Shown piece after piece: positions 9,292 to 18,907 of a stretch of DNA of 64,000 bases (position 1 is its first letter; the number at the start of each line of letters is the position of its first letter). Source of the DNA: Bdellovibrionales bacterium (GTDB lineage Bacteria > Bdellovibrionota > Bdellovibrionia > Bdellovibrionales > UBA1609). The notes below the pieces were generated by a model. It saw nothing but the letters and a program-made list of their open reading frames with translations, was not told the origin of the DNA and did not search any database. The position numbers were made by a program, and so were the translations under genes. Location: assembly GCA_965203095.1 (NCBI GenBank), contig OZ241877.1, positions 1,623,642 to 1,687,641 on the forward strand, given 5' to 3'.

Positions 9292-10088
9292 AGTTTCAGA
9301 TCTTATCCCTTTTTCCAGAGTTTTTTAAATCCTGCTTTCAAGTGGGGCTGTTAAGTAAAGCCATTCAAAACTCCCTTATTCAAGTGGATCTGGTGGATAT
9401 CAAAAAATTTACAGGAAAGGGGAGGGCAGACAGCTATCCTTTTGGAGGGGGCGATGGCATGTTGATAACTTATGAGCCTTTAAAAAAGGCCCTCCAATCT
9501 GTTAAAAACCCTGGCTGGCGGATCTATTTGTCGGCCCAAGGAGAGAGATGGTCAGCTCAAAAGGCAAGAGATTACTCAAAAAAATATAAAAATCTCAGTT
9601 TGATTTGTGGTCGTTATGGGGGGATAGATGCTCGCTTTGTTCAGGACTTTGTAGATGAGGAAATCTCTATTGGAGATTATATTTTAAACGGAGGGGAGGC
9701 TCCCGCCCTTGTTTTAATAGAGAGCCTTTCCCGATTTTTGCCCGGCTTCTTAGGCAATAAAAAATCCTCTCAACAAGAAAGTTTTGAAAACTCCCTTTTA
9801 GAAGGCCCCGCTTGGGCTAAACCCCGCGAGATCAAAGGGCATAGCCTCCCTAACTTGATCTTGAGTGGCCATCACGAAAATATAAAAAAACTCAGGTTTT
9901 ACAGCTCCTTACTTTTGACATGGCTTAAAAGGCCCGATCTTTTAAAAGAAAGGGAAGATCTCAAAGCCCAGCTCCCTCAAGCCAAAAAGTTTTTGAGCTT
10001 TTTGCCAGTAGAAGAGCTGAAAGCCCTTGGCTTTTGCAAAAAACAAGAGGCTTTAGCCTTATTTCAACAGGATAAAAAGGAACATTAA
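9288..10088 (+). CDS. trmD: tRNA (guanine37-N1)-methyltransferase
   Basis: FQILSLFPEFF, GRYGGIDARFV and GDYILNGGE are TrmD motifs. GTG start. C-terminal extension of about 40 aa. Confidence 0.9.
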   Translation: MKFQILSLFPEFFKSCFQVGLLSKAIQNSLIQVDLVDIKKFTGKGRADSYPFGGGDGMLITYEPLKKALQSVKNPGWRIYLSAQGERWSAQKARDYSKKYKNLSLICGRYGGIDARFVQDFVDEEISIGDYILNGGEAPALVLIESLSRFLPGFLGNKKSSQQESFENSLLEGPAWAKPREIKGHSLPNLILSGHHENIKKLRFYSSLLLTWLKRPDLLKEREDLKAQLPQAKKFLSFLPVEELKALGFCKKQEALALFQQDKKEH

Positions 10089-10099
10089 TAGAGCAGAGG

Positions 10100-10291
10100 T
10101 AGTCCCCCGTGAAAAAGTCTCAGTAAGACCTTCTCATTCTCTGCTTTTACAGGGGCAGACTTTTCAATCACTTTTGCCTAAAGGCCGTCCCATGAGGGTC
10201 CAAGGTATTGCCGTCCCGAAATGGGACGGACCTTTAGGCAAAGAAACTGAAGAATCCCCTGTGAATTATAGAGGTTTTTCACGAGCGACTA
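10100..10291. repeat. MITE-like hairpin repeat (CGTGAAAAA-terminus family), copy E1
   Basis: Terminal inverted repeats TAGTCCCCCGTGAAAAAG / GTTTTTCACGAGCGACTA. Internal inverted repeats CTTTTGCCTAAAGGCCGTCCCA / TGGGACGGACCTTTAGGCAAAG. Apical core TGAGGGTCCAAGGTATTGCCGTCCCGAAA is shared with other copies. Confidence 0.75.
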
Positions 10292-10350
10292 TTTAGTTTA
10301 CTTCAAAAAAAACTTGACCTCCTCCCACAGTGCTTGTAGGAAAAAGGGCT

Positions 10351-10695
10351 ATGGATAAAATTCGGGAAATTTGCCTCAAAAGCTATCCTTTAAAAAACAA
10401 CTCTCTCCAGCCGGGGGACACAGTTAAAGTCTCTCTCCTGGTAAAAGAAGGAAGTAAAGAGAGGGTCCAAATCTTCGAGGGGCTTGTGATTAAAATCCAA
10501 GGGCAGGATTTTTGCCGATCCTTTACTGTGCGAAAGATCTCCTCAGGAGTGGGGGTGGAGAAGACCATTCCCCTGGCCAGCCCTTATATTAAAAATATAG
10601 AGATCTTGTCTCGTGCTCGAGTCCGAAGGGCCCGTCTTTTTTATTTGCGTCGTCTCAAAGGCCGAGCTGGTCGCTTAAAAGTCAAAAGTCAGTAG
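10351..10695 (+). CDS. rplS: 50S ribosomal protein L19
   Basis: GDTVKVSLLVKEGSKERVQIFEGLVI...FTVRKISSGVGVEKT...VRRARLFYLR. ATG 10351 is preferred over the GTG 10330 of the track. Confidence 0.9.
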   Translation: MDKIREICLKSYPLKNNSLQPGDTVKVSLLVKEGSKERVQIFEGLVIKIQGQDFCRSFTVRKISSGVGVEKTIPLASPYIKNIEILSRARVRRARLFYLRRLKGRAGRLKVKSQ

Positions 10696-10853
10696 CCCCC
10701 TGTTATTTTTTTAAGAATAGCCGGCTTTTTCATGGTTCTATTTTTCTGAAAGTTGAACCCAACAAATCGCCTGCTTAGAAGAGCTGAGAGCATAAATTTT
10801 CTTTTTTGCACTTATCTTATAGACTGGAATGGACAGGAAACTAAAGGAAAGTT

Positions 10854-12692
10854 TTATTGATTTTTAAGGTTATGGTTTTTTGGTAAAAAAATTAATATTA
10901 AAATCAGTGCTATTAAACTGAACCATAAAACTATGGGGTTGATGAGATGGCCCCATAAGGCAAACACAGTTTTTTGTTCTCTGTTTGAAGAGTAGGGGAC
11001 TTTTACAAACCAAGCCCCTTTTTTAGCAGGAAGGATAGTCAGCTCCCCTTTAGCAGAGATCACAGCAGAGAGGCCGGAGTTGGTCCCGCGAAGTAAGGGC
11101 CGGCGGACTTCTATCGCACGGGCTAAAGTCATATACAGATTTTGCAAAGGTTCTTGCCAACTTCCAAACCAAGAATCATTGGCAACATTGATTAAAATGT
11201 CCGCCCCCGATGTCGACAGATCACGAGTGAGCCTGGCAAATAAAGACTCATAGCAAATCTGAAATCCCAAATTCAATCCGTTGAGAGAAATAATTTTATT
11301 GTCCCCATGCCCTTTGTCAAAAGTGATGTCTCCAAAAAGGCTTTTGCTCCACTTGGGGAAAAAGTGAATGAAAGGGGCCTTTTCCCCAAAAAGCATTAAA
11401 ATCATTTTGTCATAAGAACCTTGAACTATCCGACCCTCCCTATCAAAAACAAAAATAGAGTTGCTTTGTTGAGACTGGTAATGCCCTTCGGCTGAAACAA
11501 TTAAAGGGGTGTTAAAAACCAAGGGCCATTTTTGCACTGGATCCTGACCTTTTAGGGCATATTCTTTATTTATAGGATAAGGCCAAGCTCCCTCTGGCCA
11601 TAAAATGAAATCTAAGTTTTCTATAGCAGAATGTTCCATAAGGGCTGGCCCCAGCCTCTTTTTTTGAGAAGTTTTTGTAGGAAAAAAAAGATCTCCCTCA
11701 AGGGGAGATTTATACTGATCGGGCCACAAAAGCCGGGAAGTCTCTTGCAGGAGTCGGGATGAGATAAAATCATCCCATTGTTCTTTTCCTTGTTTTTGAT
11801 TTTCAATATGGGGTTGAACCAGCAAAACAGAGGCTTGGCTGTCGGGTGCTGTCCATCGGCTTTTTAAATAAAGCCCATAAATATTGAGGCTGAAAAAAAG
11901 GGCCAAGCCAATAGATAGAGGGACATAAATGCCTTTGTTTTTTATTGCCTGAGAAAAGACAGACCGAAGAGATAATTTTTGAACTGAGAGTTTTATTTTT
12001 TTAAAAAATAGGCTCAAGGTATGAGCTAAAGCCTTTTTCTTTTGAGTTAAAATACCTTTAGGCTGAGAGGAAAGTTGGAAAAAAGATTTATGAAAATTTT
12101 TGAAAGCCAATAAAAACAGAAAGTTAAAAAACAAAGTCAGGCTGTTTAAAAATTGAAAGCCCCATATTTCTGCTGTTTGAAAGGCGGGCCATCCGGCATA
12201 AAGCCAAGTGTAGCCAAAGTGCCATTTAAAAATGATATAATAATACTCCATGCTCAATAGGGAATAGAGAGGGAGAAATAAGAGTGAAATTTTTTTAAGA
12301 GCGGTGTCAGATTTTTGGGGACTTTCCCACACGAAGGATCTGATAGGGATCAGGGCCTTCTCACTAAAGGACCAAAGGCTCAAAGCTATGGGGATATGAA
12401 GATTGGCTAAAGAGGCAAAGGCTATAAGGCCCAACAAAGACAGGGGCCAAGGTAAAATATCAAACTCTTTTATTGTGTAATTTAGGTAGTTAAAGCCGAT
12501 TAAAGTTCCTGCAAATTGTGAGAACCAGCCCCCAATAAAAAGGGATTTAAAAGATGGTCTTTTTAAAGCAAAAAACCAAAGGGGAACATAGCAAAAAAAT
12601 AGTGCCCAAGGAGGGAAGGGGATAAAGCTTAAGCCCATTAAAATGCCGGAAAGCAAAGGCAGAAAGTAAAAACGGATGAACCGGACAGGCAT
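10854..12692 (-). CDS. lnt: apolipoprotein N-acyltransferase
   Basis: Multi-TM N-terminal half plus a CN-hydrolase half with WPEGAW, YDKMILMLFGE and ICYESLF (Glu/Lys/Cys contexts). At 612 aa it is longer than typical because of an insert between TM segments. Confidence 0.85.
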   Translation of the reverse strand: MPVRFIRFYFLPLLSGILMGLSFIPFPPWALFFCYVPLWFFALKRPSFKSLFIGGWFSQFAGTLIGFNYLNYTIKEFDILPWPLSLLGLIAFASLANLHIPIALSLWSFSEKALIPIRSFVWESPQKSDTALKKISLLFLPLYSLLSMEYYYIIFKWHFGYTWLYAGWPAFQTAEIWGFQFLNSLTLFFNFLFLLAFKNFHKSFFQLSSQPKGILTQKKKALAHTLSLFFKKIKLSVQKLSLRSVFSQAIKNKGIYVPLSIGLALFFSLNIYGLYLKSRWTAPDSQASVLLVQPHIENQKQGKEQWDDFISSRLLQETSRLLWPDQYKSPLEGDLFFPTKTSQKKRLGPALMEHSAIENLDFILWPEGAWPYPINKEYALKGQDPVQKWPLVFNTPLIVSAEGHYQSQQSNSIFVFDREGRIVQGSYDKMILMLFGEKAPFIHFFPKWSKSLFGDITFDKGHGDNKIISLNGLNLGFQICYESLFARLTRDLSTSGADILINVANDSWFGSWQEPLQNLYMTLARAIEVRRPLLRGTNSGLSAVISAKGELTILPAKKGAWFVKVPYSSNREQKTVFALWGHLINPIVLWFSLIALILILIFLPKNHNLKNQ

Positions 12693-12769
12693 TTAAACTG
12701 ATTTTGCAATCCTTACTTTCATTGTTTCAGACATATTTAATTGGTTTAGTTTATATCTTTCTAAAAAAT

Positions 12770-13252
12770 CTACCAATTGTAATGGGAAAAGGCCCTGTTG
12801 GATTCCGCCATTCGATGGACATCTTCTTTCTTTTTAATAGAACTTCCCCGTCGTTTGTAAGCCTCAAGCAGTTCTCTACCTAAGCTTTCAGCAAAAGCCT
12901 TGCCTTTTCTGTTTTTTCGAGAATGATGAACTATCCAACGCATAGCCAGAGTCACGCGACGGGCCGGACGCACATCCACAGGCACCTGATAAGTGGCCCC
13001 TCCCACACGACGAGAGCGGACTTCTAAAGAGGGCTTGCAATTGTCAACAGCTTTTTTAAAAACAGATAAAGGCTCTTCGGAAGACTCCCATTCTTTTATT
13101 TTTTTAAGGGCAGAGTAAAAAATTTGGCGAGCCTTCTCCTTTTTGCCATGCATAGTCAGTTTGTTGATAAAACGAGCCACTGTGAGATCTTGAAACATTG
13201 GGTCAGGAGCAATGTTTCTCATCAACTTTCTATTCTTTCTTCTTCTGGACAT
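12770..13252 (-). CDS. rpsG: 30S ribosomal protein S7
   Basis: MSRRRKNRKLMRNIAPDPMFQD...GGATYQVPVDVRPARR...AFSHYNW. Confidence 0.95.
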   Translation of the reverse strand: MSRRRKNRKLMRNIAPDPMFQDLTVARFINKLTMHGKKEKARQIFYSALKKIKEWESSEEPLSVFKKAVDNCKPSLEVRSRRVGGATYQVPVDVRPARRVTLAMRWIVHHSRKNRKGKAFAESLGRELLEAYKRRGSSIKKKEDVHRMAESNRAFSHYNW

Positions 13253-13254
13253 AT

Positions 13255-13629
13255 TTATTTTTTAGGTTTTTTAGAACCGTATTTGGAGCGAGCTCTTTTC
13301 CTCTCCGCAACCCCTTGAGTGTCTAATGTGCCTCGGACAATATGATAGCGAACCCCCGGAAGATCTTGGACCTTGCCTCCACGAACCAAAACCACACTGT
13401 GCTCCTGCAAATTATGGCCAATTCCGGGAATATAGGCATTGACCTCAAAACCTGTGGAAAGCTTCACCCTGGCGACTTTTCTTAAAGCCGAATTGGGTTT
13501 TTTAGGGGTTGTTGTAAAAACCCGTGCACAAACCCCTCTTCTTTGAGGCGATCCGGACAGGGCTGGAGATCGGGATTTGGACTTTGGCATTGTCCGGCCT
13601 TTCCTGATCAATTGGTTTTGTGTAGGCAT
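13255..13629 (-). CDS. rpsL: 30S ribosomal protein S12
   Basis: [12 protein letters not shown]...[16 protein letters not shown]...[21 protein letters not shown]. The start is taken at the internal ATG 13629. Confidence 0.95.
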   Translation of the reverse strand: MPTQNQLIRKGRTMPKSKSRSPALSGSPQRRGVCARVFTTTPKKPNSALRKVARVKLSTGFEVNAYIPGIGHNLQEHSVVLVRGGKVQDLPGVRYHIVRGTLDTQGVAERKRARSKYGSKKPKK

Positions 13630-13744
13630 ATTTTTCTCGTTTTCAGGCAAAATAAACTGAAGGAGGAAACAAAGTCAAGTGTTTTTTTAAACCGGCCCCA
13701 ACAAGGCTTTGACAAAGCTTTTAAGCTGTGTTTTGTGACTGTAT

Positions 13745-14548
13745 ATGAATCCCGACCTCATCCATAAAACCTTTCTCAGTGGGGAATTGTCCCCTTCAGC
13801 CAAAAAAGCCGTTCAAGAAAGTATAAAGGCTTTAGATGAAGGGAAGATCCGTGTTTCAGAAAAATCAAAGGGAAAGTGGCAAGTCAATGAGTGGGTCAAA
13901 GAGGCCATTCTCCTATATTTTAAAATAAGCAAAATAAAGGAAATATCCTCTGGAGATTTTAATTTTTTTGACAAAATTCCACTAAAAAAATGGACCGGCC
14001 GGGAGGCCGTCCGGGTGGTGCCACAAGCTTTGGCCCGCTATGGTTCTTATATTGCAAAAGGGGCTGTGCTTATGCCCTCTTATATCAATATAGGGGCTTA
14101 TGTGGCTGAAGGTTCTCTAATTGATACCTGGGCCACAGTAGGTTCCGGTGCTCAGGTGGGAAAGGGGGTTCATGTCTCTGGTGGAGTGGGCATAGGTGGG
14201 GTTTTAGAGCCGGTGCAAGCTCAACCTGTTATTATTGAAGATCATGTTTTTATCGGGAGCCGATCCATTATTGTAGAAGGGGTTTTGGTTCGCGAAAACG
14301 CAGTGATAGCCGCAGGAGTGGTTCTTACAAAAAGCTCTAAAATTTTAGATCTGACACAAGATAAGGTGAGAGAGTTGAGGGGGGAAGTCCCTAAAAACTC
14401 TGTTGTGATACCAGGGAGCCGGAGTAAAAAATTTCCGGCAGGAGAGTTTCAAGTCCCCTGTGCCCTAATAATAGGCAAAAGATCGGAGAAGACAGACAAA
14501 AAAGTCTCCCTCAACCAATGTTTAAGGGAATGGAATGTCCCCGTTTAA
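13745..14548 (+). CDS. dapD: 2,3,4,5-tetrahydropyridine-2,6-dicarboxylate N-succinyltransferase
   Basis: VLMPSYINIGAYVAEGSLIDTWATVGSGAQVGKGVHVSGGVGIGGVLEPVQAQPVIIED is the DapD hexapeptide core. Confidence 0.9.
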   Translation: MNPDLIHKTFLSGELSPSAKKAVQESIKALDEGKIRVSEKSKGKWQVNEWVKEAILLYFKISKIKEISSGDFNFFDKIPLKKWTGREAVRVVPQALARYGSYIAKGAVLMPSYINIGAYVAEGSLIDTWATVGSGAQVGKGVHVSGGVGIGGVLEPVQAQPVIIEDHVFIGSRSIIVEGVLVRENAVIAAGVVLTKSSKILDLTQDKVRELRGEVPKNSVVIPGSRSKKFPAGEFQVPCALIIGKRSEKTDKKVSLNQCLREWNVPV

Positions 14549-14961
14549 GAAGGGCATTGCTCGTCAATCCATCTTAAAAAGGCGGATGAGGCCCGGCTAA
14601 AAGATATGGCCGAAAGCCCGGGGCATTCATAAGGATGTTTTTTAATTAGCTCTTCTGACATTTTTTTATAAAGAGATTTTTTGGTTTTGCAAATTAAAGC
14701 CAGTTCCACTTCCTTTTGAAACTTCCCTTTCCATTCATAAAAAGATTGCCCTTTTGGGAAGAGATTGGCACAAGCAATTAATTTTAAAGATAAAAGATGG
14801 CGGGAGATCATTTCGCCCGTTTGAGCAGAGGGGACCATGCAATAGACCAGTAAAAAATCCTCTGGCCGGAGATCGAGATTTTGAGAAGATTCCTGGCTTG
14901 GTTCAATAATAGACATTTTTGACATCTCTCGTAGATTAAACTCCTTATTTGGTAAATTCAA
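14545..14961 (-). CDS. cutA: divalent-cation tolerance protein CutA
   Basis: LVYCMVPS...LIACANLFPKGQSFYEWKGKFQKEVELALICKT...HPYECPG fits the CutA1 family. The start is uncertain (ATG 14925 or 14916 are also possible). Confidence 0.8.
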   Translation of the reverse strand: MNLPNKEFNLREMSKMSIIEPSQESSQNLDLRPEDFLLVYCMVPSAQTGEMISRHLLSLKLIACANLFPKGQSFYEWKGKFQKEVELALICKTKKSLYKKMSEELIKKHPYECPGLSAISFSRASSAFLRWIDEQCPS

Positions 14962-15024
14962 GGGGCTGGACTTGAAAAGTCCTAAAATAGAGTTTAAAAT
15001 TTAAAAAATAAGGAATCCATTGCA

Positions 15025-16302
15025 TTGGAAAAAACAGGCCCAAAACTCTCTCCTGAACAACAGTTCCAGATCCTATCCCAAGGTGTTGTGGATATCATTA
15101 GCGAAAAAGAGCTGATGGATAAACTGAAATTAAAAAGAGCTCTTCGGGTTAAAGCCGGCTTTGACCCTTCAAAACCGGACATTCATTTAGGCCATGCGAT
15201 TTTGATCAACAAGCTTTGCCAGTTTCAATCCGCTGGCCATGAGGTGATCTTTGTTGTGGGGGACTGGACAGCCTGTGTGGGAGATCCTTCGGGCCAAAAC
15301 AAAACCCGCCCTCTGCTCTCTTTTGCAGAGGCAAAAAAAAACTCCCTCAGCTATGCCCAACAAGCTATGGGAGTCAATTTTAAAGCCCCAAAAACTTTAG
15401 ATGAACGAGGCCGTCAAATTTTTTCCTTTTTTAAAAAATTAGATCCCAAAAAAACAAAATGGGTATATAACTCTGAGTGGATAGACAAAATTTCCCTTAG
15501 AAAATTTATTATCTCCATGTGCTCTAAGCTCACGGTGGCTCGGCAGTTGGAGAGAAAAGATTTTTCATCAAGATACAAGGCCGGCCGGCCGATTGCTTTG
15601 CATGAATTTCTCTACCCTCTTTTGCAGGCTTACGACTCGGTCCATCTGAAGGCGGATGTAGAGATAGGCGGATCAGATCAGCTTTTTAACCTCCTTTTAG
15701 GTCGTTCTTTACAAGAGCAACAGGGGCAAAAGCCTCAAGTTGCACTCAGCCTCCCCCTTCTGGAGGGGACTGATGGCCAACAAAAAATGTCAAAAAGTTT
15801 AAACAATGCCATTAGTTTTAATGACCCTCCTAAGGATATTTATGGCAAGGTGATGAAAATCTCTGACCAACTCCTATCTCGCTATATTCATCTATTTACT
15901 GAGGGAAAAACCAACTTGCAAGAGCTTTTTCAATCGGGAAAGCTTTTTCCCAAACAGGAGAAAGAAAAACTGGCCTATCTTTTAGTTTGTGCTTTTTACA
16001 GTGAGGCTAAGGCTGATGAAGTGCAAAGGGAATGGAGAAAAGTTTTTTCCGAAAGGGGGCTACCCGATCATATTCCTAAAAAAAACATTCCCCCAGTAAA
16101 AAATGTGGGGATATGCCAGTTGCTAAAAGAAGTGGGGCTATTCCCTTCTGCAAGTTCTGCCCGGAGGGGGATTGAGGCTGGAGCTGTTCGAAAAAATGGG
16201 CAAAAACTTACTGATTTTCAAGAAAAGCTGAACCTGGGTCCGGGTGCTGAATTTTTATTGAGTTTTGGAAAAAGAAAAATAGTTCGGGTCAAAGTAAAAT
16301 GA
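15025..16302 (+). CDS. tyrS: tyrosine--tRNA ligase
   Basis: HIGH-type DIHLGHA, KMSKS (QKMSKSLNN) and a C-terminal S4-like domain (SARRGIEAGAVRKNGQKL). TTG start. Confidence 0.9.
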   Translation: MEKTGPKLSPEQQFQILSQGVVDIISEKELMDKLKLKRALRVKAGFDPSKPDIHLGHAILINKLCQFQSAGHEVIFVVGDWTACVGDPSGQNKTRPLLSFAEAKKNSLSYAQQAMGVNFKAPKTLDERGRQIFSFFKKLDPKKTKWVYNSEWIDKISLRKFIISMCSKLTVARQLERKDFSSRYKAGRPIALHEFLYPLLQAYDSVHLKADVEIGGSDQLFNLLLGRSLQEQQGQKPQVALSLPLLEGTDGQQKMSKSLNNAISFNDPPKDIYGKVMKISDQLLSRYIHLFTEGKTNLQELFQSGKLFPKQEKEKLAYLLVCAFYSEAKADEVQREWRKVFSERGLPDHIPKKNIPPVKNVGICQLLKEVGLFPSASSARRGIEAGAVRKNGQKLTDFQEKLNLGPGAEFLLSFGKRKIVRVKVK

Positions 16303-16330
16303 CTTTGTATTGTAAAAAGGATTTTTTAAA

Positions 16331-17821
16331 ATGACTTCCCAAAAGCCTTTGCCTTTAAAAATTTACGATACTGCCCAAAAAAAGAAAAGGCCCTTTGCCC
16401 CTTTAAACCCCCCTCATGTTAAGATGTATTGTTGTGGCCCCACCGTGTATGATTATCTTCATATTGGGAATTTTCGCGGGGCGGTGTTTTTTAATTTTGT
16501 TCGGAACTGGTTGGAGTTTTTAAATTACAAAGTGAGCTATATTTATAATTTTACAGATATTGATGACAAAATTTTAAACCGTGCCGAGGAGGAAAAGATC
16601 TCACCACAAAACTTGGCAGAAAAATACATTCAGGAATTTAAAAAAGACTACCAATCCTTAAAACTCAAAGCTCATACAGCTAACCCCAGAGCTACGGAGA
16701 CTTTGCCGGAGATCATCTCCTTAATCCAAAAATTGATAGTTCAGGGCAAAGCCTACACAGTGGATGGGGATGTTTTTTACTCTACCCGCTCTTTTAAAAC
16801 TTATGGCCAGCTCAGTGGGAAGGATTTAAATAGCCTCCGGGCGGGTGCCCGTGTGGAAGTCAATAAACAAAAAAAAGATCCCTTAGATTTTGCCTTATGG
16901 AAAAAAAGTCGGCCCAATGAAAGCTGGCACTTTAACAGCCCTTGGGGGAAGGGGCGACCGGGATGGCATATTGAGTGCACAGCCATGATTCATAAATTCC
17001 TTGGAGAGGAGATTGACATTCATGCCGGGGGATCAGATCTTATTTTCCCCCATCATGAAAATGAAATTGCTCAATCCACAGCCATTACCAATAAAACTTA
17101 TGCCCGTTTTTGGCTTCATAACAATATGATCGTCACAAAAGGGGATAAGATGTCAAAATCCCTTGGAAATATGATTCGCATGAGGGAGTTTTTAAACCAG
17201 TATCCTGGAGAGCTGTTCAAATTCTTAATTTTGTCTTGTCATTATCGCTCTCCTTTACAATTTTCTAAAAAAAGCCTGGGGCAGGCCCTGCTTTCCCTAT
17301 CAAAAATTTACTCCAGTTTGAACCAAGCTCGCCATTGCCTTCAGGAATCTTATTCTCCAGAAAAACCGGGTCCATTTTATTTAAAGTTTGAAGAAAGGCT
17401 TTTGCTGGCAGAAAAAGATCTATTTATGGCATTTAACGATGACTTTGCTACCCCTAAGGCTTTTGCGGTTTTGTTTTCCACCTTAAATTCCTTTCAAAAA
17501 ATGATGAAAGATCCTTCAGCCTCTTTAAGTGATAAGGCCCTTTCTTCCAAAAAATATTTGGCATTTTTTAAAAAATACGGCCAAACTCTCTCTTTATTTC
17601 AAGAAGAACCCTCTGCTTTTTTAAAAAATTTAGATAACCAACTATTACAGCAAAAAAACTTGAAAAGACAATCTATTCAACAGTTAGTGGATGAGCGATC
17701 CCATGCTCGGCAAAAAAAAGATTTTCACACAGCCGATCTTTTAAGGGAGCGATTGAGCCAGTTAGGCATTGAGATAAGGGACAACTCAAAAGGAGAGAGC
17801 ACTTGGGAAGTCAAAAAATAA
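16331..17821 (+). CDS. cysS: cysteine--tRNA ligase
   Basis: CGPTVYDYLHIGN, WHIECTAM, KMSKSLGN. Confidence 0.95.
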   Translation: MTSQKPLPLKIYDTAQKKKRPFAPLNPPHVKMYCCGPTVYDYLHIGNFRGAVFFNFVRNWLEFLNYKVSYIYNFTDIDDKILNRAEEEKISPQNLAEKYIQEFKKDYQSLKLKAHTANPRATETLPEIISLIQKLIVQGKAYTVDGDVFYSTRSFKTYGQLSGKDLNSLRAGARVEVNKQKKDPLDFALWKKSRPNESWHFNSPWGKGRPGWHIECTAMIHKFLGEEIDIHAGGSDLIFPHHENEIAQSTAITNKTYARFWLHNNMIVTKGDKMSKSLGNMIRMREFLNQYPGELFKFLILSCHYRSPLQFSKKSLGQALLSLSKIYSSLNQARHCLQESYSPEKPGPFYLKFEERLLLAEKDLFMAFNDDFATPKAFAVLFSTLNSFQKMMKDPSASLSDKALSSKKYLAFFKKYGQTLSLFQEEPSAFLKNLDNQLLQQKNLKRQSIQQLVDERSHARQKKDFHTADLLRERLSQLGIEIRDNSKGESTWEVKK

Positions 17822-17961
17822 ACCCAGGACCTTAAAGTCAAAGAGGAGGAACCTCCTTGTAAAGGAAGGGGTAGGAGAGGATAAATCTTTAAAAATAATG
17901 GATTTTTATGGCTGATTTTCCTGATGTTTTTGAGAGATTTCTGAAAAAAGTTATTTTTTTC

Positions 17962-17989
17962 TTGTTATTTCTCATAAAATAGATATAAT
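17962..17989 (+). promoter_or_regulatory. sigma70-like promoter candidate upstream of the NYN gene
   Basis: TTGTTA (17962-17967), 16-nt spacer, TATAAT (17984-17989). Confidence 0.35.
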
Positions 17990-18045
17990 AGTATTAAATT
18001 ACTGCCCCCTTGACTTGCCTTTTGGCCCTCATGTGGGGTTTTTTT

Positions 18046-18684
18046 ATGGAAAAGCCCAAAAAAACAGCTGTCTTTTATTTTGACGCTCAGAATCTCTACA
18101 GGAGGGCAAAAAGTGTATTTGCTAATGTCCGGTATCCCAATTTTGATCCTGTAGCTTTATCAAACTTAATCGCTCAAAAACATTCCCTGAAAATCAAAAA
18201 AATTAAATTTTATACAAGGATACCTCCCAAAAAAAGGAATCCTTACTGGAATAGATTTTGGAGTGCCAAACTGGCACTCCTTGGAAGAAATAAATCAGTA
18301 AAAATCTTTACAAGGAAAACTCAGTTTAGAGAAAAAACGATCATCATTGATGGCAAAAAACACCAAATAAAGTTTGATGTAGAAAAAGGTATTGATACAA
18401 GGATCACCATTGATATTGTAAGGGATGTTTTAGATCAGGAGTCAGAGGTTATTGTGATATTCAGCGAGGATCAAGATCTGTTTGAAGCCGTGACAGAAGC
18501 CAAAAAAATTGCAAAGACACAAGGGAAATATATATCTATTTTCTCGGCTTCACCTCCTTTTAAAAACAAAAGAGGCATTAGTGGTTCCCAATGGATCAAA
18601 ATATCAGAGGCAGACTATAACCGGTGTATTGATACCAGGGATTACAGGCCCCCTTTTCCACTACAAAAAAAGCCCTCGGAATAG
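18046..18684 (+). CDS. NYN/LabA-like (PIN-fold) nuclease-domain protein
   Basis: Acidic motifs in NYN order: AVFYFDAQNLY, EKGIDTRITIDI, IVIFSEDQDLFEAV. The start is uncertain (TTG 18010, ATG 18031 or ATG 18046). Confidence 0.7.
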   Translation: MEKPKKTAVFYFDAQNLYRRAKSVFANVRYPNFDPVALSNLIAQKHSLKIKKIKFYTRIPPKKRNPYWNRFWSAKLALLGRNKSVKIFTRKTQFREKTIIIDGKKHQIKFDVEKGIDTRITIDIVRDVLDQESEVIVIFSEDQDLFEAVTEAKKIAKTQGKYISIFSASPPFKNKRGISGSQWIKISEADYNRCIDTRDYRPPFPLQKKPSE

Positions 18685-18727
18685 AGAAGGGCAAAGTCCA
18701 GTTTTCTACTAATAGCAGGATGTCCGC

Positions 18728-18893
18728 TCAAATCCAGACAGTCCTTTCAGAAAAAATCAATCCGAAAAAATCCCAGTCTTTAGCATAGAAAAACAGGCGG
18801 ACTTTGTTTTTTCCCTTAAATAGCTCAAGGCTTTAACGCCCTGCTCTAATAAAAAGGTATGACATTACAAGCATACCACAAACAAATTTTAAA
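18728..18893. repeat. left copy of bipartite direct repeat (X 18728-18762, Y 18854-18893)
   Basis: X is 35 nt, identical but for 1 mismatch to 20903-20937. Y is 40 nt, identical to 21131-21170, and contains the ATG plus the first 11 codons of the type IIG gene. Confidence 0.85.
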
Positions 18894-18907
18894 CAATTTT
18901 AATGTCT

